Assembly: GCA_051313645.2 (NCBI GenBank)
Contig: JBNRSN020000016.1
Location: 100,068,001 to 100,132,000 of the forward strand
Source of the DNA: Centroscyllium fabricii
Taxonomy: Eukaryota
DNA: 64,000 nucleotides
Direction: 5' to 3'
A model generated the notes under the pieces. That model was not told the DNA's origin. It was given only the letters and a program-made list of their open reading frames with translations, and searched no databases. The translations under genes were made by a program, and so were the position numbers. This document shows positions 11,003 to 24,256 of this stretch, piece after piece. Position 1 is the first letter of the stretch. Each line of letters begins with the position of its first letter.

Positions 11003-14000
11003 TAAGAACATAAGAAATAGGAGCAGGAGTAGGCCAATCGGCCCCTCGAGCCTGCTCCGCCATTCAATAAGATCATGGCTGATCTGATCCTAACCTCATA
11101 TCTACTTTCACTCTCCATCCTGCCCGAACCCATGTGATCTCCTGGGAGAGGCGAAAAACCAGACAAAAACCCATTGGCCAATTTGGGAGAAAAAATCTGG
11201 GAAATTCCTCTCCGACCCATCTCGGCGATCGAAACTTGTCCAGGAGATCACATTGCCGATCTGAACCTAGCATCACGTCCAGTTACCTGCCCGCTCACCG
11301 TAACCTCTAATTCCCTTTACTTTCAAGAAACTGTCAATCTCGGTTTTAAATTTATTCAATGTAGTAGCTTCCACAGCTCTCTGGGGCAGCAAATTCCACA
11401 GACCTACCACCCTCAGTGAAGAAGTTTCTTCTCATCTCAGTTTTGAAAGGGCAGCCCCTTATTCTCCGATTATGCCCCCTAGTTCTAGTCTCACCCATCA
11501 GTGGAAACATCCTCACCGCATCCACCCGATCAAGCCCCCTCACAATCTTTTATGTTTCGATAAGATCGCCTCTCACTCTTGTGAACTCCAATGAGTAGAG
11601 GCCCAATCTACTCAACCTTTCCTCATAAGTCCACCCCCTCATCTCTGGAATCAACTGAGTGAGCCTTCTCTGAACTGCCTCGAGAGCAAGTATATCCTTT
11701 CTTAAATATGAAAACCAAAACTGTATGCAGTATTCCAGATGTGGCCTCACCAATACCCTAGCAGAACTTCCCTGTTTTTATACTCCACCCCCCTTGCAAT
11801 AAAGGCCAAGATTCTATTGGCCTTCCAGATCACCTGCTGTACCTGTATACTAACCTTCTGTGTTTCATACACCATGACCCCCAGATCCCTTTGTACTTTC
11901 GAACTTTGAAGTTTCTCTCCATTCAGATAATAATTTGCTCTTTGATTTTTTTTTTGTCAAAGTGCATAACCTCACACTTTCCAACATTATATTCCATTTG
12001 CCAAATCTTTGCCCACTCACCTAGCCTGTCTATGTCCCTTTGCAGGTTTTTTATGTCCTCCTCACTCACTGCTTTCCCTCCCATCTTAGTATCATCGGCA
12101 AACCTGGATACGTTGCACTCGGTCCCTTCCTCCAAATCGTTAATATAGATTGTAGAGTTGGGGTCCCAGCACTGACCCCTGCGGAACACCACTAGTCACT
12201 AATTGCCAATCTGAGAATGAACCATTTATCCCAACTCTCTGTTTTCTGTTAGATAGCCAGTCTTCCACCCAAGCCAGTATATTACCCCCAATCCCGTGAT
12301 TTTTTATCTTGTGCAGTAATCTTTTGTGTGGCACCTTGTCAAATGCCTTTTGGAAGTCCAAATACACCACATCCACTGGTTCCCCTTTATCCACCCTGTT
12401 TGTTACGTCCTCAAAGAATTCGAGCAAATTTGTCAAACATGACTTCCCCTTGGTAAAACCATGCTGACTCTGTCCGATTAGATTATGCTTATCCAAATGT
12501 CCTGTTACTGCTTCCTTAATAATGGACTCCAACATTTTACCAACCACAGATGTTAGGCTAACCGGTCTATAGTTTCCAGCCTTTTGTCTGTCTCCCTTTT
12601 TAAATAAGGGTGTTACATTAGCAGTTTTCCAATCCGTTGGGACCCCTCCCGAATCCAGGGAGTTTTGGAAAATTACTACCAATGCATCCAAAATCCCTAC
12701 CGCTACTTCTTTCAAGACCCTAGGATGAAAGCCATCAGGTCCAGGGGATTTCTCCACCTTTAGTCCCATTATCTGATCGAGTACCACCTCCTTAGTAACT
12801 TTAATCATGTTTAGCTCCTCCTCCTTTATTGTCACCTGTTTATCCAGTGTTGGGATATTTTTAGTGTCCTCTACTGTAAAAACTGATACAAAATATTTGT
12901 TCAGCGTTTTTGCCATCTCCATGTTCTCTACCACTAACTTCCCAGTCTCGCCCTCTAAAGGACCAACATTCACTTTAGCCACCCTTTTTCTTTTTATATA
13001 ACTGTAGAAACTCTTGCTATCTGTTTTTATATTTTTTGCTAGTTTACCTTCATAATCTTTCTTCCCTTTCTTAATTAATCTTTTAGTTATTCTTTGCTGG
13101 CTTTTAAATGCTTCCCAATCTTCTATCTTCCCACTAGATTTGACAGTTTTATATGCCGATATTTTCAGTCGGATACTATCCTTTATTACTTTACTTAGCC
13201 ACGGATGGCTGTTTTTTCTTTCACGCCCCTTTTTCCTTACTGCAATATACTTTTCTTAAGTTGTGAAATATCTCCTTGAATGTACACCACTGCTCATGTA
13301 CCGTCCTACATTTTAATCTATTTTCCCAGTCCACTTTAGTTAACTCTGCTCTCATACCATCATAGTCTCCTTTATTTAAGCTTAGTACGCTGGTTTGAGA
13401 TCCAACTCTCAACCTCCAACTGAATTTGGAATTCAACCATGTTATGGTCACTCATACCAAGGGGATCATAGAATCCCTACAGTGCAGATAGAGGCCATTT
13501 TGGCCCACCGAGCCTGTACCGGCGCATATCCCACGCTATCCCCGTAACCCCACCTATTTAATCCCCCTAACACTAAGGGTCAATTTATTGTGGCCAATCA
13601 ACCTAACCCGCACATCTTTGGACTGTGGGAGGAAACTGGAGCACCCGGAGGAAACCCACAGACATGGGGAGAATGTGCAAACTCCACACAGATAGTCACC
13701 CGAGGCCGGATTTGAACCCGGGCCCCTAGCACTGTGAGGCAACAGTGCTAACCACTATGCCACCGTGCCGATCCTTTACTAAGACATTTTTTATTAATCC
13801 TATCTCATTACACAAGACCAGAGCTAAGATTGTCTGCCCCCTGGTCGGTTCAGTTACATACTGCTGAAGGAACCTGTCCCTAATGCACTCTATAAACTCT
13901 TCCTCAGGGCAGCCCTGTCCAATTTGATTTGTCCAGTCAATATGAAAGTTAAAATCCCCCATGATTATAGCTGTTCCCTTATTACAAGCCCCAATTATTT

Positions 14001-15004
14001 CCTGACTTATACTCTGACCAACAGAGTTGCAACTGTTAGGAGGCCTATAGACTACACCCACTAGTGACCTTTTTCCTTTCCTATTCCTCATCTCTACCCA
14101 AACTGTTTCACTATTTTGATCCTTTGACCAATATCATTTCTCACGATTGCAGTGATTCCATCTTTTATTAACATAGCTACCCCACCTCCCTTTCCTTCTT
14201 GTCTGCCCTTCCTAATTGTCAAATACCCCTGGATGTTTAGTTCCCAGTCATGGTCACCTTGCAGCCATGTTTCTGTAATGGCCACCAGATCATACCCATG
14301 TGTAGTTATTTGTACCAACAACTCATCTATTTTGTTACGAATGCTGTGTGCATTCAGATAAAGAACTTTAAAATATGTTTTGTAACAATTTATTCCTGCT
14401 TTTACTCCCTTTAATACTTTGCCTTTATCTTTATTCATTTTGCCCCTTCCTGAGACGCTCTGGTTTTTAATCCCCCCACTGTTACTTTGCTCAATTGCCT
14501 TCTTACCTGACATTTTTATTTTTCGCTCTTTTGAAACCTCTCCCCCACTAATTAGTTTAAGTTTAAAGCCCTCTCTACAGCTCTAGTTATTTGATTCGCC
14601 AGGATTTTAGTCCCAGCACTGGTCAACTGAAGCCCGTTCCGACGGAACAGCTCTCTCTTCTCCCAGTGCTGGTGCCAGTGTCCCAAGAAGCAAAACCCAT
14701 TTCTCCCGCACCAGTCTTTGAGCCACGCATTTAACTCTCTGATTTTATTTATCCTAGCCAAATTTCCTCGTGGCTCAGGTAGTAATCCAGAGATTATTAC
14801 CCTTGTGGTTCTGTTTTTTAATTTGGCCCCTAGCTGCTCATACTCTCTCAGCAGAACCTCTTTCTTCGTCCTATCTATGTCATTGGAACCAACATGGACC
14901 ACGACAACTGGATCTTCCCCCTCCCACTTCAAGTTTCTCTCTAGCTCAGAGGTGATGTCCTTAACCCTAGCACCGGGCAGGCAACACCGCCTTCGGGACT
15001 CTCC
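11003..15004 (-). mobile_element. Near full-length CR1 LINE with frameshifts: ORF1 SGNH-esterase, APE endonuclease, RT, 3' UTR and tail
   Basis: ORFs 14552-15100 (LPGARVKD, VHVGSND), 14094-14513 and 13726-14091 (YLNAHSI, ETW, YRPP, GDFN), 12140-12982 (GPDG, YRPVSL, DFQKAFDKV, PQGSVLGP), 11923-12192 (FADD); TTCTTATG-type tail. Confidence 0.93.
13468..13769 (-). mobile_element. tRNA-derived SINE (HE1/V-SINE type) nested in CR1
   Basis: Head GGCACGGTGGCATAGTGG with B box GGTTCAAATCC; V-SINE-like core; flanked by GATC (13464-13467, 13770-13773). Confidence 0.88.
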
Positions 15005-17243
15005 AATTAGGGACAAGAAGCCAACTACCATGAAACTAATCAAATTGCTCAAATAATTTTTTGAACTGCTTTTATCCACCCTTTTCATCCTCATTTGCAT
15101 CAGTATATGAGCTAAAAATAATGGCTTACATTTCCCTCTGTCGCAAAGGTGGTTGTTCTTTGTTCGGATGAGAATTCTAAATGTCTCTTGCCTATGGCCC
15201 TGTCTTCAGTGTTGATTTCGATGTACAGGTACTGTATTACCAGTCCATGTACGCGCACACATTCTCTATAATTTATTTGGGTCTTAAGTGAAATCCTGCT
15301 GGACTTCAGGTCCACTTGAGGCCTTTATTACTTCTAACATAAATATGCGAATACTGTTACCTGGACATTATCTGGCAGTAAACAAATTGTTCCACTATAG
15401 GCATAAATTAAATGGGTACCATTTTTATGGTTGTTTATTTACAATCTCCAACCTCCATCTGCTCTACTTAAATAAATTAGATACAAGATCCAGATTTGTT
15501 ATTTTCTTCCAAAGTTGACTTTCTAAAACATACTTACCCTAAAGTAAAACAGCTGATTAAAACTATATTTGCCTCTTGTCCATTGGGGTTTAGCATGTAA
15601 TTCAAAAATAGCTCGTTATAATTTTAAAGTGAGTATTCAAAATACTGTAACAGTTAAATAAATAAGAATGTAATTTCCAATGCAAAAAGAGAGAAACGTT
15701 CAACATTGTACTGGCCAAACTGTAATTACAACTTGTGCTTTGCTTTAAGGTGATAGTTCTGACTACATTTTTAAGAGTCCAGTAAACACTTTGCATAACT
15801 TTTTAAGCCTGACAATTATGCTCAATTGCTTCATGAAAACTTAGACACCGTTTAATGTTTTCTTTATTTTAGCCCGTAAACTGCTGGCAACTCCAGGGAA
15901 TTGTGCAATTTGAGCCAGCCAGTTTTTTTTGGTTTCTGTAACACTGCAACACTCTGAATGGCTCATTGAGCCATTCAGATGTTAGGAATCTTTTTCTTAA
16001 ATTGAAAATACTTTAAGCATTCACTCTCTTTTTCCCTCTTTCCCCTATCTGTCTCTCCCTCCCCCTCACTTTTTTCCCCTATGCGCTCTCCGTCGCCATT
16101 CTCTTCTACTTTTGCTGTTTAAAATCTACTGCTACATTATTTTAAATAATCTTTTTTACTTTTCTGCAACTTTTCTTGGGTTCAGACAAACTTTTCCATT
16201 TTCCTGCATCTTCCATTTTGGATCTGGGATTTGCATTGTCAAATATTGACGACCTGAAAGGATTAAATCTCATGACTTAGGACATCGTAGTTTTGCCTTG
16301 TGCCATTAAAGTGAATAGACCAAACCTTTGATGTTTTTCTAATCTCAACATTGGTGCTCTAGCCACTTGGTAAGCTATCTTGATGGGAGCCCAGCAGAAC
16401 AGGTGGAGACTCGATAGCATGGCAGCTTCCAAAGGGTTAACTAAAGTGTGTCCGTCGTTTTAACATAAAACTGTTGCATTGTTTATCATTTTGTTTAGAA
16501 TAATCTCTCTTGCAAAGTGTGTATCTATTATGATGTATGACCTTAATGTATAATGGCTATATTGAAAGATAAGTGAAACAACTTTATAATGTCAGAAACA
16601 GGAAAATAATTTACATACTGTATCCACGAGGTTGTAAAGTTTGTATAGAATAAGGTAATATGAAGTGTCAAAATGTATTTGGCATTGAGCTTGTGAAGTT
16701 TAACATTTTCAGAATAGCTGCCCGTGTATTGTCCTGTGGTGATAACATCAGTTTCATGCCATGTGGTGAGCCCATTGTTTCCTAACCAAACATGAAGCAA
16801 TATTTTGAATTAAATGGCTTCTCATTTTCAACCCAATTCCTCCAGTTTTAAATGTTAAGAGGAGGGTTTTGTTAAACAGCTCAACAAAAAAACTTTTGGG
16901 AGAATACTTTGCAAAGGGGACTCCTATATATAATATGTAAATACAGGAACTCTCTTTAAATTGTTTTCTGTAGCTTGTGCCTTGCTTTCTCTGGAACAGA
17001 CAGTTTAATTTTATCTCCATTTTACTGTGATAAATTATCAATTTAAAACCTAGGAACTAGATGTGGTTTTGAACTTATCGCTTAAGCAAGCAGTTTTTTT
17101 TTGCAAGTGTGCGTGGGTTGTTTAAACTTCGAATAAATATCTTGTGGTGCATGTCACACCAAAAACAAGATGGGTCAACAGGAAACAATATCCTATATTT
17201 TATACAAATCTGTGTTTGTCTTAAAATACAACATGTAATATAA

Positions 17244-17973
17244 TGCCCCAGATTTTGCTACCAAAATAACAACAGGTTGCACGCCCTTATTAACGTGTAA
17301 ATTGTCCCAACACCTTGTGGCGAGTAGGAGGTACCCCATGAATTGCGAATCGGCACAAGTTGTTGGACGATTTGCAGTACTCCGCCGCTAGCCTTGCAAA
17401 AATGGCAGCTCGTCCTCCACCTCCCCGTGCATTTCACAAAATTGTTGCAATAACGCATGAACTGTCAATTAAACACCCTGTAGGTTAGGGCTACTACTTA
17501 ACAGCAGTAAGTATCTTTTTAATGAGGAAATTTATGTTTCTGCAATGCCAGTCAATCTCTCTGGTCCATAAAGAAAACAATTTTAAACTGTGGAGTCTCA
17601 TTCCTGCAGATCGTAAATTGTTGTTGGAGATTTAAAAACAAAATTAACATTTTCTTTCTTTTCATTTCTGCCTCTTTTTTTCTCTCTCTTAATCGATCTT
17701 TCTTTCTCTTTCTGTATGTGATTTGACTCTAATTCACTCTATTTCCTTCTCGGTCATCCCCCTGTTTCTTTCTCAATTGTTAAATCTCACTGGTTAAGGA
17801 GATAGATCATTGGTCCCGTTGTTCACAAGTCCCAGATGCCCCGTTGCCCTCTCCATTATCAACTCGCACTTCCAGCAACTTCCAGGGCAAAATTTTTGTA
17901 AGCTGACGGATGAGGGAACAAGTCTAACTAGCGAGCCGCCACAAGATGCCCCACTCCAGCAAAATCTGTGCCA
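17244..17973. mobile_element. Non-autonomous TIR element
   Basis: Ends TGCCCCAGATTTTGCT / AGCAAAATCTGTGCCA. Confidence 0.55.
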
Positions 17974-18049
17974 ATATATTGGCGAACTTCTATAAAGTAC
18001 TGCTGTTATTAAACTGTACTGTGAAACATGGATTTTTTTCCTTATCCAG

Positions 18050-18258
18050 AATTATATGAGCCGATACGGAATCGAGTACACACCTGTTTGGCTGTTCTAG
18101 AAGAGGGGTTCTTCCTTGCGTATATGACTGTGTCGCAGGCATTGTCTTTGCCAGTGGTGCACTCTGGGAGAAGCCTGTCGAGCCTCTTTTGCATCATTGC
18201 AGCCAGGACTGTCATTGTGGGTGTTTGGAACCCTGAAATGTCTATCAGAAGTAGCTAA
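18050..18258 (+). CDS. Candidate NFATC3 alternative terminal exon (phase 1): ELYEPIRNRVHTCLAVLEEGFF...PEMSIRSS*
   Basis: Strong acceptor TTTTTTTCCTTATCCAG at 18049; 69 codons open in phase 1; non-repetitive, more GC/CpG-rich than its flanks. Confidence 0.5.
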
Positions 18259-19310
18259 GATGCTGGAGCACACATTTTGACATACAAAGTTGCATTCAAT
18301 TAAATAAGAACTGGCAAATCTATCCATGGCAATGATATTGCAATATTTTAATCTTGTACCGTATTGAAATGATGCAAAGTGCTTTCTTAAATTACATTTA
18401 ACATTTTTGATTATGAAAAGTTTGATCATTTTATGAGTTCCTGTAATACTTTTTGCACTGAACTAACCGTGTCTTTTTTTTAAAATTATTTAAGTGTCTT
18501 TTTATGTGCTTCTACCAGTCTAGTAATTTTTTTAATGTGAATTCAACAATCCACAGAACAAGGCCTTAGAGCTATTTACAACCTCATGTTTGTTCTGAAA
18601 TTGAGACTTACATTGCCAGTTTAGCTTTGGTGTAAAATTGAAATTGCATTGCACCAACACTAAACTTGCAGTGTAAATGCACCCCAAGTTTCAACAGGGA
18701 ACTTTTAATATGCAGTGTGGTTTCTGGACGCTGTAGTGATATGTATTTAAATTGGGTTTAAATATTTACTACAAACTTGCACTTGTAAAGCTAATTGATT
18801 ACATGTGTTTTTGGCATGGAAAAAGTAGTAGTGAAAGTTCTCCCTGATGTACGTCAGTTTGTGGTAATAGTTTCCACTTAGACCAGCATTGTCTTTGCCC
18901 ATGTATTGATCATGCTGCCTTTTTATTACACGTCAGATAGCTTACTGGAGGGTGCCTTGGAGTTCAAGTTAACTTTTTAACTGTAATAAATTTTTAACAG
19001 GTTTTTCTTCTGACACTCGTCTAAACAGACTTAAGCCTATGTGTTAAATTTATAGTAATTGAATTTCAAATTTTTATCCCTGTGGTTATCCAGATGCTTT
19101 GTGTTTCTTAAAGCTTACTCAACTGAAGTGGAGGCTTGCTTTTGTATTTTTAAAATTAAACCTTTTTAGTCACAGCAAAAGAAAATAATCTGCACTTCTG
19201 TTTGATACTCTAGTAATATTTAATTAGACTTTTTATAAAACCGTCTAGATTTTTATAATATAAAAGTAAAATATCATTACTAATTCTGTGCGTGTACTAC
19301 TTTCCAACAG

Positions 19311-19510
19311 ATGCTAATGGTTCTGAAACTTCAGGACTGAAACAATCTTTTTCAGTTTGTATATCTGTGTGTTGCATTTAGCTCATCTTAGGTTTGCAGA
19401 TTAAAATCCTGAAGCCTTCCCACAACTTTAACATGTTTTAAGTCACCAAGCCAGAGGCTTCTCTGCGGTGGCAGCCAGTGTGGACATGGAGCAGAAGGGC
19501 AGCTGCTGCG
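19311..19510 (+). other. Candidate stop-containing (poison or alternative) NFATC3 cassette exon
   Basis: Branch-point-like TACTAAT (19278-19284), acceptor CTTTCCAACAG, donor CG|GTAAGA after 19510. Phase-1 reading is DANGSETSGLKQSFSVCISVCCI* (stop 19379-19381). Confidence 0.45.
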
Positions 19511-20605
19511 GTAAGAAATTTAACTGACTGACTAAGTTCTCCCAGGCTACTAACAGCAGTGCCGAGAGATTCATGCCCCCATCTAGGAGACTCCCAGACA
19601 ATCCAGGAGGGTTGGCAATCCTACTAAAACCGACAAGAGGTTAAGGAAGATCAGTATAGGGTACATCTTTCTCCCAGCTTTATAAATATGGGCAAGCTAC
19701 GATTCTGTTGAAACAGTCAGTGTGAAAACTCTTTCTGGGGACTTCTGACAATTCTGCTGCTTTAACCCAAGGTTTATCCCGTTTAAAATAAATTAATAAA
19801 TAACCAGACCGCAGGAGCAGGTGGATCCGATCCCCGATTCAGGATGTCGTTGTGGCGGTTGGGGGGGAAGCGGTTTTGCTCCTCCTGGCCCACAAACAGT
19901 GCCGTGAAGGCACTTAACCTTCTCCCTGAAACTGTCCTCGCCTCCCTTCAACTGCCGAGTTTCCCGAAGTCTGGGAAACTTGGCAGGCCACAGTTAAACC
20001 TGTAAAACCGATTAAATCAGAGGCTGCCAGTGTCATTAAAATATTTAAATTGTCAACCCGCCTCCTGGGAGCAAGTTAGCTGTACATCCCTTGTCCCGCC
20101 TCCGTTAATGGGCCTGTTTGAGATTTTTAAAAAGTTAACATCTAACTCAACACACCTGTTTTTGGGTGTTAAAATGTTTAACTATTTGAGTATGTTTAAT
20201 TGAACTTTTGAATTGCATGCAAGGGACAGGTGACAACAGTGTCTGGTCTGTAAAGCTTTGAATCTAGTCTTCTAGTTAGACTTTCTGTATTGATGCAAAA
20301 TGAGATGCAGATATAGCAGTTCTTGCATTCTGTCATAACCATGAAGGCATACTTTTGCCACATTTCTGTGACTTATAGGATGTGTTGCAGTATGGATCTT
20401 ATTCAGTAGAATGATCTTGCATCTGATGTACTGAATGTACCAGTTTTATATTTGCTCCAGGCTCTGATTCTCAAAATTGGCTCGACGTTATTTTAGCCAG
20501 GTTTCCTGACTTTTCACAGTCCTATCAGGGAGAGGGGAAATCGAAGGGTTTTGTACAGGAGTATCTTATAATGCCAATCTGGTTTGTAGACAGAAAATTG
20601 TGTTA

Positions 20606-21410
20606 CAGGTTGAGCACCGCCGGCACAGGTGGGACTAGGCCCATGCCGGGAAAGTGAAAAAACCGGGAAAATGAAGTCGGACAGTGCGCACACCATTCAA
20701 AATGGCCGCCGAACGGCAAACGCATGTGCAGATCATGCAATAATGGCCGCCGCAAAGTCTTTTGACTGGCTCAGGCTTTCGTGGCGTTCCGTTGAGCTTT
20801 TAGGGCTGTCGGGCAGCAGTGAAAGGCCGGTCTTGCAGGGGGGGGGGGAAAAGGAGGGTTGTGCAGGCATGGGTTGAGCCCAGTAGGTCCGCCTTCCCTC
20901 GCCATCGCCTTTGGGGTTGCTGCTGCCGCCGATCCGGTTTGTGACGGGAGCCCGGACTGGGGCTGACAGCTGCAGCCTGGTGACTGTCCACCTCAGTCAA
21001 GGGGCTCAGCTGCTTGTGCTGAAACCGCAGTCCACTGTTGAACACACTAACCCTGCCCCTGTGAGTGGGCTGTGGATCGAGATGCTTTCTCTCCCACTTC
21101 ACATTTTTACAAAGTATTAATAGTAATTGTATTAAAAGTATTGCAGTGTAGCTGCAGCCGCCCAGAACCTGCCGTGCGCGGCAGATCCATACCGTTCGGC
21201 AGCGCACAAATGAGGAGACAAAGGTCGGTCCAGCCTGCGGCGGCCGTTTTGAATGATCTGCGCATGCGCTCAGCGGCGCATGCACAGATCATTCCCTGAA
21301 GCGTTGATCGCGGTGGCCATTTTGCGCATGCGCGGGGCAGTCGGGGCAATTTGTTCCGGAAGACTGAAGCTGCCGGCTTATCAGGTAACTGATTACCGGT
21401 GCTCAACCTG
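20606..21410. mobile_element. NRF1/YY1-rich Tc1/mariner MITE, copy B, with extra internal sequence
   Basis: TIR CAGGTTGAGCACCG / CGGTGCTCAACCTG, TA flanks; subterminal blocks shared with copy A. Confidence 0.87.
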
Positions 21411-21896
21411 TACTATGTTATAACAGATCAGCTCACTTCACAGAAAATATAAACATCTGAAGATTTCAGTTAGTGACCCATCAGCAGATGTTGATAGAAC
21501 GACTATGAAGGAGCGGCTATGTCCAAGTCAGGATGGCATTGTGACTGAGGTGATGGTATTTCCATGACATTGCTGCTCTTCCTTCTTGGTGGCAGCTGTT
21601 GCAGGGGAAGGAGGTGTTGTTAGAGTAACTTTGGCGAATTGTAGTGCATCCTGTAGATCGTACTTATTACAGCCACAGTGCACTGGTGCTGGAGGGGGTG
21701 GATAGTGAATCCAGAGACACTGGGCCAATTGAGTAAACTACTCTGTTTTGGATGGTGTTGATTTTCTGGTGTATTGTTGCGGGAAGTGTTAGGTTTTCCA
21801 TCATACTTCTGACTGAGCCTTGTAGATGGTGACGAGGCATTGAGGGGTTAACAAGCGAGCCACTTGCTGTGGAGTACCCAGCTTCTGTCCATCTCT

Positions 21897-22729
21897 TAGA
21901 AACATAGAAGATAGGAGCAGGAGTAGGCCATTTGGCCCTTCGAGCCTGCTCCGCCATTCAATTAGATCATGCCTGATCTTTCAGATTCAGTACCCTGTCC
22001 CTGCCTTCTCCCCATATCCCTTGATCCCTTCAGCCTGAAGAAATATATCCAACTCCTTCTTGAATATATTTAATGAACCGGCGTCCACCGCCCTCTGTGG
22101 TAGAGAATTCCACAGGTTCACCACTCTCTGGGTGAAGAAATTCCCCCTCATCTCCGTCCTAAATGGCTTTCCCCTTATCCTTAGACTATGGCCCCTGGTT
22201 CTGGACTCCCCTTTCATCGGAAACATCCTTCCTGCATCCAGTCTGTCCAGGCCTGAAAGAATTTTATAGGTTTCGATGAGATCCCCTCTCAGTTGTCTGA
22301 ACTCCAGTGAGTATAAGCCCAATTGACTCAATCTCTCCTCATATGTCATTCCTGCCAGCCCAGGTATCAGCCTGGTGAATCTTCGCTGCACTCCTTCAAT
22401 GGCAAGGACATCCTTCCTCAGATGAGGCGACCAAAACTGCACACAATACTCGAGGTGTGGTCTCACCAAGGTCCTGTAGAGCTGCAGCAAGACATCCTTG
22501 CTCTTATATTCGAACCCTCTTGCTACGAAGGCCAACATACCATTTGCCTTCCTAACTGCCTGTTGCACCTGCATGCTTACCTTCAGCGACTGGTGCACAA
22601 GAACACCCAGGTCTCTTTGCACTTCCCCATCTCCCAATCTATTACCATTCAAATAATAATCTGCCCTCCTGTTTTTGCCACCAAAGTGGATAACCTCACA
22701 TTTATCCACATTATAGTGCATTTGCCATG
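21897..22729 (-). mobile_element. 5'-truncated CR1 (HER1-like) LINE with an open RT C-terminal ORF (21987-22736)
   Basis: [44 protein letters not shown]; TTCTATGT-type tail at 21897. Confidence 0.92.
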
Positions 22730-23622
22730 TAGCCAAGCTGATAATATAGCTGCTTCAGTTAAGCTTCTTATCAATGGTGACTTCCGAGGTATTGATGTTG
22801 AGGGTCTAGGCGGTGATGGTGTTGTTGAAGATCAAGCAGTGACAGCAGGACTTTCTCTTGGCTCGATGGACACAGATTTAAGGCAAAAGAACCAGAGGCG
22901 ACATGAGAGAGAGTTTTTTACGCAATAAATGGTTTGGATTTGGAATGCATTGCCTGATTGTGGTGGATACAGATTCACTATTAGCCTTCAATTGGATAAA
23001 TACTTGAAGGAGAAACAATTGCAGGGATATGGGGAAAGAGCAGGGTAGTGGGACTAACTGGATTGCTCTTCGAAAGAGCCGGTGCTGACTCGGTGGGCTG
23101 AATGGTCTCCTTCTGTTTTGTACTATTCTATGGTCATTACCTGCCACTTCTCGGCACAAGCCTGGATGATATCCAAATCCAGCTGTAGGCTGGCATATGC
23201 TTCTTCGGTATCTGAGGAGTTGCAAATGGTGCTCGGCACTGGAATCATCCCTGACCTTTGCACAGAGGGAAATTCATTGATGAAGCAGTTGAAGATGGGC
23301 TAACCAGGCTTCCCTGATAAACTCCTGCAGCAATGTCCTGGCAGTGATGATCGGCCTCTGATAACTAAATCGATCATTTGTGTTGGGTATAATTCCAACC
23401 ACAGAGCTTTTCCCTTTGAACCCCACAGATCTCAATTTTACTAAGACTCCTTGGTGTAATATTTGGTCGAAATTATTGTTTTACTCATTCTCGGGATGTG
23501 GGCATCACTAGTAAGGCCGAAATTTATTGCCCATCCCCACGTGAGAAAGTGGAGGTGAATACACCTCCTTGAAATGCTGCAGTAAAGATGCTCCATGTGG
23601 TAAAGGTGCTCCCAAAATGCTC

Positions 23623-24256
23623 CAGGAAACTCTTTGGTATCCGGCACTGACGGGACCGGGATGGTGCCGGTTGATTAAAAATTCCGGATAACGAAGAAGG
23701 GACATGGAGTGACAGTGGCCCAAGGTACGAGAGCCCCGTTCCACAGACACCAGTGCTGGAGGTCCCGTTCCACAGACACCAGTGCTGGAGGTCCCGTTCC
23801 ACAGACACCAGTGCTGGAGGTCCCGTTCCACAGACACCAGTGCTGGCGGTCCCGTTCCACAGACACCAGTGCTGGCGGTCCCGTTCCACAGACACCAGTG
23901 CTGGCGGTCCCGTTCCACAGACACCAGTGCTGGCGGTCCCGTTCCACAGACACCAGTGCTGGCGGTCCCGTTCCACAGACACCAGTGCTGGCGGTCCCGT
24001 TCCACAGACACCAGTGCTGGCGGTCCCGTTCCACAGACACCAGTGCTGGCGGTCCCGTTCCACAGACACCAGTGCTGGCGGTCCCGTTCCACAGACACCA
24101 GTGCTGGCGGAGCCATGATTACATGGCAAAAGGTACAAGAACCCCTGTTAAACAGCCACAAATATACAGTATGCGGAAGCCTCAAAACCTACTCCAGAAT
24201 TTTGCCGGTTATTAGAATTCCAGATAATTAGCTGCCATTTAAACGAGAGTTTCCTG
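23623..24256. mobile_element. Tigger-like MITE carrying a 29-bp minisatellite
   Basis: Ends CAGGAAACTCT / AGAGTTTCCTG followed by TA; interrupts the surrounding LINE fragment. Confidence 0.7.
23735..24110. repeat. Minisatellite, about 13 x 29 bp (CCCGTTCCACAGACACCAGTGCTGGCGGT)
   Basis: Near-perfect head-to-tail units without spacers; the first three units carry GAGGT, the rest GCGGT. Confidence 0.95.

Noticed and set aside
11131-11253. Hammerhead on the + strand of the CR1 3' UTR module (GAAAC-TT-GTC before a long helix)
   Set aside because: No CUGANGA box in the right place, and the second copy alters the GAAAC..GTC segment.
23735-24110. CRISPR-like array of 29-bp repeats
   Set aside because: Units are contiguous with no unique spacers, there are no cas genes, and the context is eukaryotic. 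It is a minisatellite.
23508-24231. Six overlapping ORFs of 121-225 aa
   Set aside because: Artefacts of a stop-free tandem repeat.
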